A stretch of 64,000 bases of DNA, taken from the NCBI GenBank assembly GCA_011605725.1, contig JAAOZP010000014.1, positions 32,001 through 96,000 of the forward strand, written 5' to 3'. Under the pieces are notes generated by a model, which saw only the letters and a list, made by a program, of their open reading frames with translations, was not told the origin of the DNA and ran no database searches. The position numbers were made by a program, and so were the translations under genes. Shown here piece after piece: positions 60,532-64,000 of the stretch. Each line of letters opens with the position of its first letter. The stretch's first letter is position 1. The DNA comes from Nitrososphaerota archaeon. GTDB lineage: Archaea; Thermoproteota; EX4484-205; JAAOZP01.

Positions 60532-60596
60532 TCAGCGCACCTCCTAAGCAGTGTGCCCATTGAGAGGCCTATATTAATCTTTCCCCCCTAAGCTGG

Positions 60597-61298
60597 CTAA
60601 ATACCGTCGATACGAATATTCCTGGTTTCTACCGAGCAGGCATACAAGGCTAAGACGTAGAGCGGCAGGGAAACAAGCAGAACAACCAGTATCAATATAC
60701 TGCGAAATCCAACAGTAAACTCTTTAAGAAAGAGCTGTTGACCCTGCGGCTGGCTCGCCTCCTGGGTTATTAAGAAAGGAGATATCGTTACGCTGAAGAT
60801 TATCACGCAGAGAAAAATGGCTGTAGTGTTCGCGAGCTTTCTTAAAACCTCCTTAGAAAGACCATATCCGACGGCTAGTGAGAAAAGCCAGTAACCATGC
60901 GTTGCCAATAGGAAATGAATCAAACCGTTAAAATCATTGAAGATAAGGGGAGATCGTAACACAGGTATTAAAACTATAAGTGTTTTAAGCTCTAGCAGGA
61001 TGAGGGAAACAAGAGAATGCGCTAAAAACGGTATGTACTCAGACATGGCTGTGTAAATCTTTAGCTTAAAACCCTTGTTTAAAAATTCCATGCGCCAAAT
61101 CTCAAGCTCAGAAAGGGTTGAGCAGAGAATTATAACTAACCATACTGCTGGGAGTAAAGCGCGCACGCTAACAATAGGTTCGAAGGAACCAGGGCATAGT
61201 AGTGTATAGGCGGCTAATGCTACTGGGGCAAACTCCAGGGTCATGAAGAGCGGTGAAGTGAAGAAGAGCTTCAGCTCCCGGTCAACAAGGTTAGCCAA
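60597..61298 (-). CDS. ABC-2-like membrane protein
   Basis: About six TMs, RELK near the N-terminus, follows an ABC domain gene. Confidence 0.65.
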   Translation of the reverse strand: MANLVDRELKLFFTSPLFMTLEFAPVALAAYTLLCPGSFEPIVSVRALLPAVWLVIILCSTLSELEIWRMEFLNKGFKLKIYTAMSEYIPFLAHSLVSLILLELKTLIVLIPVLRSPLIFNDFNGLIHFLLATHGYWLFSLAVGYGLSKEVLRKLANTTAIFLCVIIFSVTISPFLITQEASQPQGQQLFLKEFTVGFRSILILVVLLVSLPLYVLALYACSVETRNIRIDGI

Positions 61299-61304
61299 AA
61301 CTCG

Positions 61305-62246
61305 TCACTCCTCCATAAACCTGTGGGCGGACTCAAGCAGGTGCTGCCTGCTGCTTACAATCTTGTTGATGGAAGCATTGTTCTTAACAAGGAACTCCAG
61401 AGTCCTCTGGATTTTCTCAGGAGTATTGTCAAACTCTATTATTGCCTCCTTCTCACCGGTTGCGTACCAGCTTACACCGATTTTCTCAAGCATTTCAATA
61501 TTGCTTTCAACGCTGAAGCCTGAAACATGTATGGAAAGCATGCCGGGGCCGCTGACTCCGGTGATGAAGCTCTCCGTATGGTCTAACACGGCCTGCTGCC
61601 CATTGTGGAATATGGTTATCCTGTCGCAAACATCGTCCAGGAGCATGGGTATTGTTGAAAACACGACTATAGACTTACCCAAGTCCGTCGAAGTCTTTAT
61701 GAAGTTACGCATGAAGGAGGCTACGTCGTAAGTTGCCCCCCTGAAAGGATCGTAGAGAAGCACCACTGCCGGATCATGGATGAATGTTGAGGCGAAGCAT
61801 AGCTTCCTCCTGATGGAGAGGGAAAGCTTGGACCATTTAACCCTTGAAACGTTAGCCGCTTCGAAAAGGGAAAGCAGCTCCTCAACTCTTTTAACAGCCT
61901 TATCCCTAGGCACTTTGTGCAAAGAGGCTGCTAGAAGAAAGTTTTCCATGACCGTCAAGTCTTCAACCAGGTTCATGGTGCACGAGTAAAAACCAACCCT
62001 CCTGCTGAAATCCCTCCTGCTGAACCTCGGGTTGTTAAAGTAGATTATGCTGCCTGAGGAAGGCCTGTCTAGGAGAAGCAGGAGTTTGAAAAGGCATTCA
62101 ACCGGCTCAGTCCTGTTTGAAACAATCCCGAGTATTTCAGCATTATCCAGGACGAAGCTTACTTTCGAAAGCAACATATGCCCGTTTTTCTTGAAGGAGA
62201 CGTCTGAAACCTTCAACGGGGCACCAACGGGCTCTGCGAGACTCAA
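61305..62246 (-). CDS. ABC ATPase-like protein with degenerate catalytic motifs
   Basis: PSSGSI, LTVMEN and HDP present; Walker A reads SNRTEPVE and Walker B reads LLYDP. Confidence 0.75.
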   Translation of the reverse strand: MSLAEPVGAPLKVSDVSFKKNGHMLLSKVSFVLDNAEILGIVSNRTEPVECLFKLLLLLDRPSSGSIIYFNNPRFSRRDFSRRVGFYSCTMNLVEDLTVMENFLLAASLHKVPRDKAVKRVEELLSLFEAANVSRVKWSKLSLSIRRKLCFASTFIHDPAVVLLYDPFRGATYDVASFMRNFIKTSTDLGKSIVVFSTIPMLLDDVCDRITIFHNGQQAVLDHTESFITGVSGPGMLSIHVSGFSVESNIEMLEKIGVSWYATGEKEAIIEFDNTPEKIQRTLEFLVKNNASINKIVSSRQHLLESAHRFMEE

Positions 62247-62589
62247 CCTTAAACATCCTCCTCACGGTGGAAGCTCATAACTCAAGATCACGAGCACACG
62301 GCTCAAAGGCCAGAGAATTCATCGTCTTCCACCGCGTTAAGAGTATCCGAAAACAGGAGCTTTTAAGCTTTCCGCAAAGGCTTGTAGAATAAAAAAGAAC
62401 CTGTTCCCAGCATGAGACTACACGTTTTACCTGCCCTGAAGAATACGGGCGTGAGAGAAAACAGAGCCTGGGAAATGAGCATGCAGAGGCCTATTAATAA
62501 CCCGGGTAAAAACGAGCATTGAGAAGGAACTGTTTAGGATGGTTTAGGTTTAAAACTTTTATTAACCACCACCATCCATTGGTGAGACA

Positions 62590-62664
62590 GCGGCGCTGGT
62601 CTAACCTGGTTATGACACCAGCCCCCCAAGCTGGGAACTCCGGGTTCAAATCCCGGGCGCCGCA
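62590..62664 (+). tRNA. tRNA-Gly(CCC), with C at position 33
   Basis: CCAGC-CCCCCAA-GCTGG anticodon arm; near-identical to tRNA-Gly(UCC). Confidence 0.92.
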
Positions 62665-62795
62665 TTTCAAAACGTTAAGCAGAATCAAGAGTCTTGAGCG
62701 CGCGTGGCTGAGGCCGTTAAGAATGTTGAAAAGCCTGGCTGGAATGTTTCCTTAGAAAAATAAGAAAAAAGAAAAAAAAGCTTGGTTTAAGTGTC

Positions 62796-64000
62796 TTAGT
62801 CTAGTTCTCCAGCACCGCCTTCCTCAGACGGTGGCTTCGGAGTCTTCTCCTTCTCTTTAAGCTTGCCCGCGGCAATCACGTCGTCAATCCTCAGGATCAT
62901 GCTTGCAGCCTCGCTTGCAGACTTCACTATCTGCTCTTTCACGAGCAATGGTTCAAGAATATTGTTAGCCCAGCTGTCAGCAGTCTTCTTAGACACAATG
63001 TCTACGCCGTGCCATTTGTTTCCAGACTCATGTTGCTTCCTGAGCTCAGCTATGATATCTATCGGATCCATTCCAGCGTTCTCAGCAAGCGCTGAGGGTA
63101 TTGACTCCAGCGCGTCTGCAAACCTTAATACTGCAAGCTGCTCCTTGCCAGCTATAGTCTCCGCCTTCTTCCTTATTCTCATCGCAACCTCTATCTCAGG
63201 AGCTCCCGCGCCGGCGACGATATACGGGTATGTGACAACATCCTTCACAACGCAGAGAGCATCGTGGAGAGCCCTGTCAGCCTCGTCAACCATCTTCTCA
63301 GTTCCACCCCTTATCAGGATGGTTACAGACCTCGGATCCTTGCACTGCTCTATGAAGACCCACTTGTCTTCACCGACCTTCCTCTCCTCAACTAGGCCGG
63401 CGTAGCCAAGGTCGTCCTTAGTAAGCTCGTTCACGCTGGTAACTATTCTGGCGCCGGTTGCCTTAGAGGCCTTCTCAATATCAGACTCCTTGACTCTTCT
63501 CACAGCGATCACCCCAGCCTTAGCCAAGTAGTGTTGAGCAATGTCGTCAATACCCTTCTGGCAGAGAACCACGTTTGCACCAGCTTCAACGATCTTGTCA
63601 ACCATCTCCTTCAGAATCCTCTGCTCCTCCTCCAGGAATGCTTTAATCTGCTCAGGCCTTTCAATGTTTATCTTAGCGTCGAACTCAGTCTTCTCGATCT
63701 CAAGCGGGCTGTTGAGAATAGCTATCTTAGCATTAACAATCCTCCTCGGCATCCCAGAGTGAACAATCTCCTTATCCAGCACGATGCCGTTTATCAGCTT
63801 GGTCTCCATCACTGAGCCGCCGGCCTTCTTCTCAACCTTAACATCGTCAAGCCTAATGTTAAACTTCCCGTTCTCCTCCCTCGCCACCTTCAGAATAGCG
63901 TCGACAGCGATCTCCGCAAGCTGGTCACTATACTCCCTGACAACCTTGCTCCTCAGAGCAGTCATGGCTATCAGCTTGAGAACCTCCCTGTCCGTCGGCT
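62796..64000 (-). CDS. ths: Thermosome subunit (5' end outside window)
   Basis: IVLDKEIVH, CQKGIDD, IRGG, ILRIDDVI. Confidence 0.96.
   Translation of the reverse strand, partial: PTDREVLKLIAMTALRSKVVREYSDQLAEIAVDAILKVAREENGKFNIRLDDVKVEKKAGGSVMETKLINGIVLDKEIVHSGMPRRIVNAKIAILNSPLEIEKTEFDAKINIERPEQIKAFLEEEQRILKEMVDKIVEAGANVVLCQKGIDDIAQHYLAKAGVIAVRRVKESDIEKASKATGARIVTSVNELTKDDLGYAGLVEERKVGEDKWVFIEQCKDPRSVTILIRGGTEKMVDEADRALHDALCVVKDVVTYPYIVAGAGAPEIEVAMRIRKKAETIAGKEQLAVLRFADALESIPSALAENAGMDPIDIIAELRKQHESGNKWHGVDIVSKKTADSWANNILEPLLVKEQIVKSASEAASMILRIDDVIAAGKLKEKEKTPKPPSEEGGAGELD

Noticed and set aside
60378-60560. 60-aa ORF-track call over the ilv leader
   Set aside because: It lacks an SD and is in a different frame from the SD-led ORF that matches the leu leader; it cannot be fully excluded as a leaderless overlapping ORF
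62365-62500. 39-aa ORF and ATAGGCCTCT match upstream of the degenerate ABC gene as a fourth leader
   Set aside because: No SD, no RGRD or D-x motif, and the 10-nt match to the ilv promoter region could be chance
25023-63815. Many antisense ORFs of 60-230 aa in the ORF track
   Set aside because: They are shadows of well-supported genes on the opposite strand and show no motifs

Overview
Chromosomal segment of an archaeon, probably TACK-like. Lineage is inferred from TFE, aMBF1, NAC, aTrm56, SmAP3, S17e, L40e, RadA, two thermosomes and tRNAs with non-canonical introns. Most of the window is housekeeping: SufBC, a 2-oxoacid:ferredoxin oxidoreductase operon, argS, aspS, tpiA, ABCE1, leuACD, ilvBNCD, argH and seven tRNAs. 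Three things stand out. (1) Short leader ORFs missed by the ORF track precede all three amino-acid biosynthesis units. The leu and ilv leaders share an AGGAGGTG SD, a GTG start and A-x-R-G-R-D at residues 7-12, then carry Leu14 or Val14 respectively; the argH leader carries DYRRR. This suggests leader-peptide attenuation in an archaeon. (2) Next to tRNA-Trp lies a polymorphic toxin-like array of four PD-(D/E)xK C-terminal fragments, each followed by a ~200-aa putative immunity gene, with mosaic inverted identity blocks. (3) A divergent type IV pilus/Tad-like locus carries a membrane-anchored HerA/VirB4 ATPase, leaderless pilin-like genes, a possible -1 slippery site and an adjacent divergent TFB. 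All calls come from reading motifs by eye; no searches were run.
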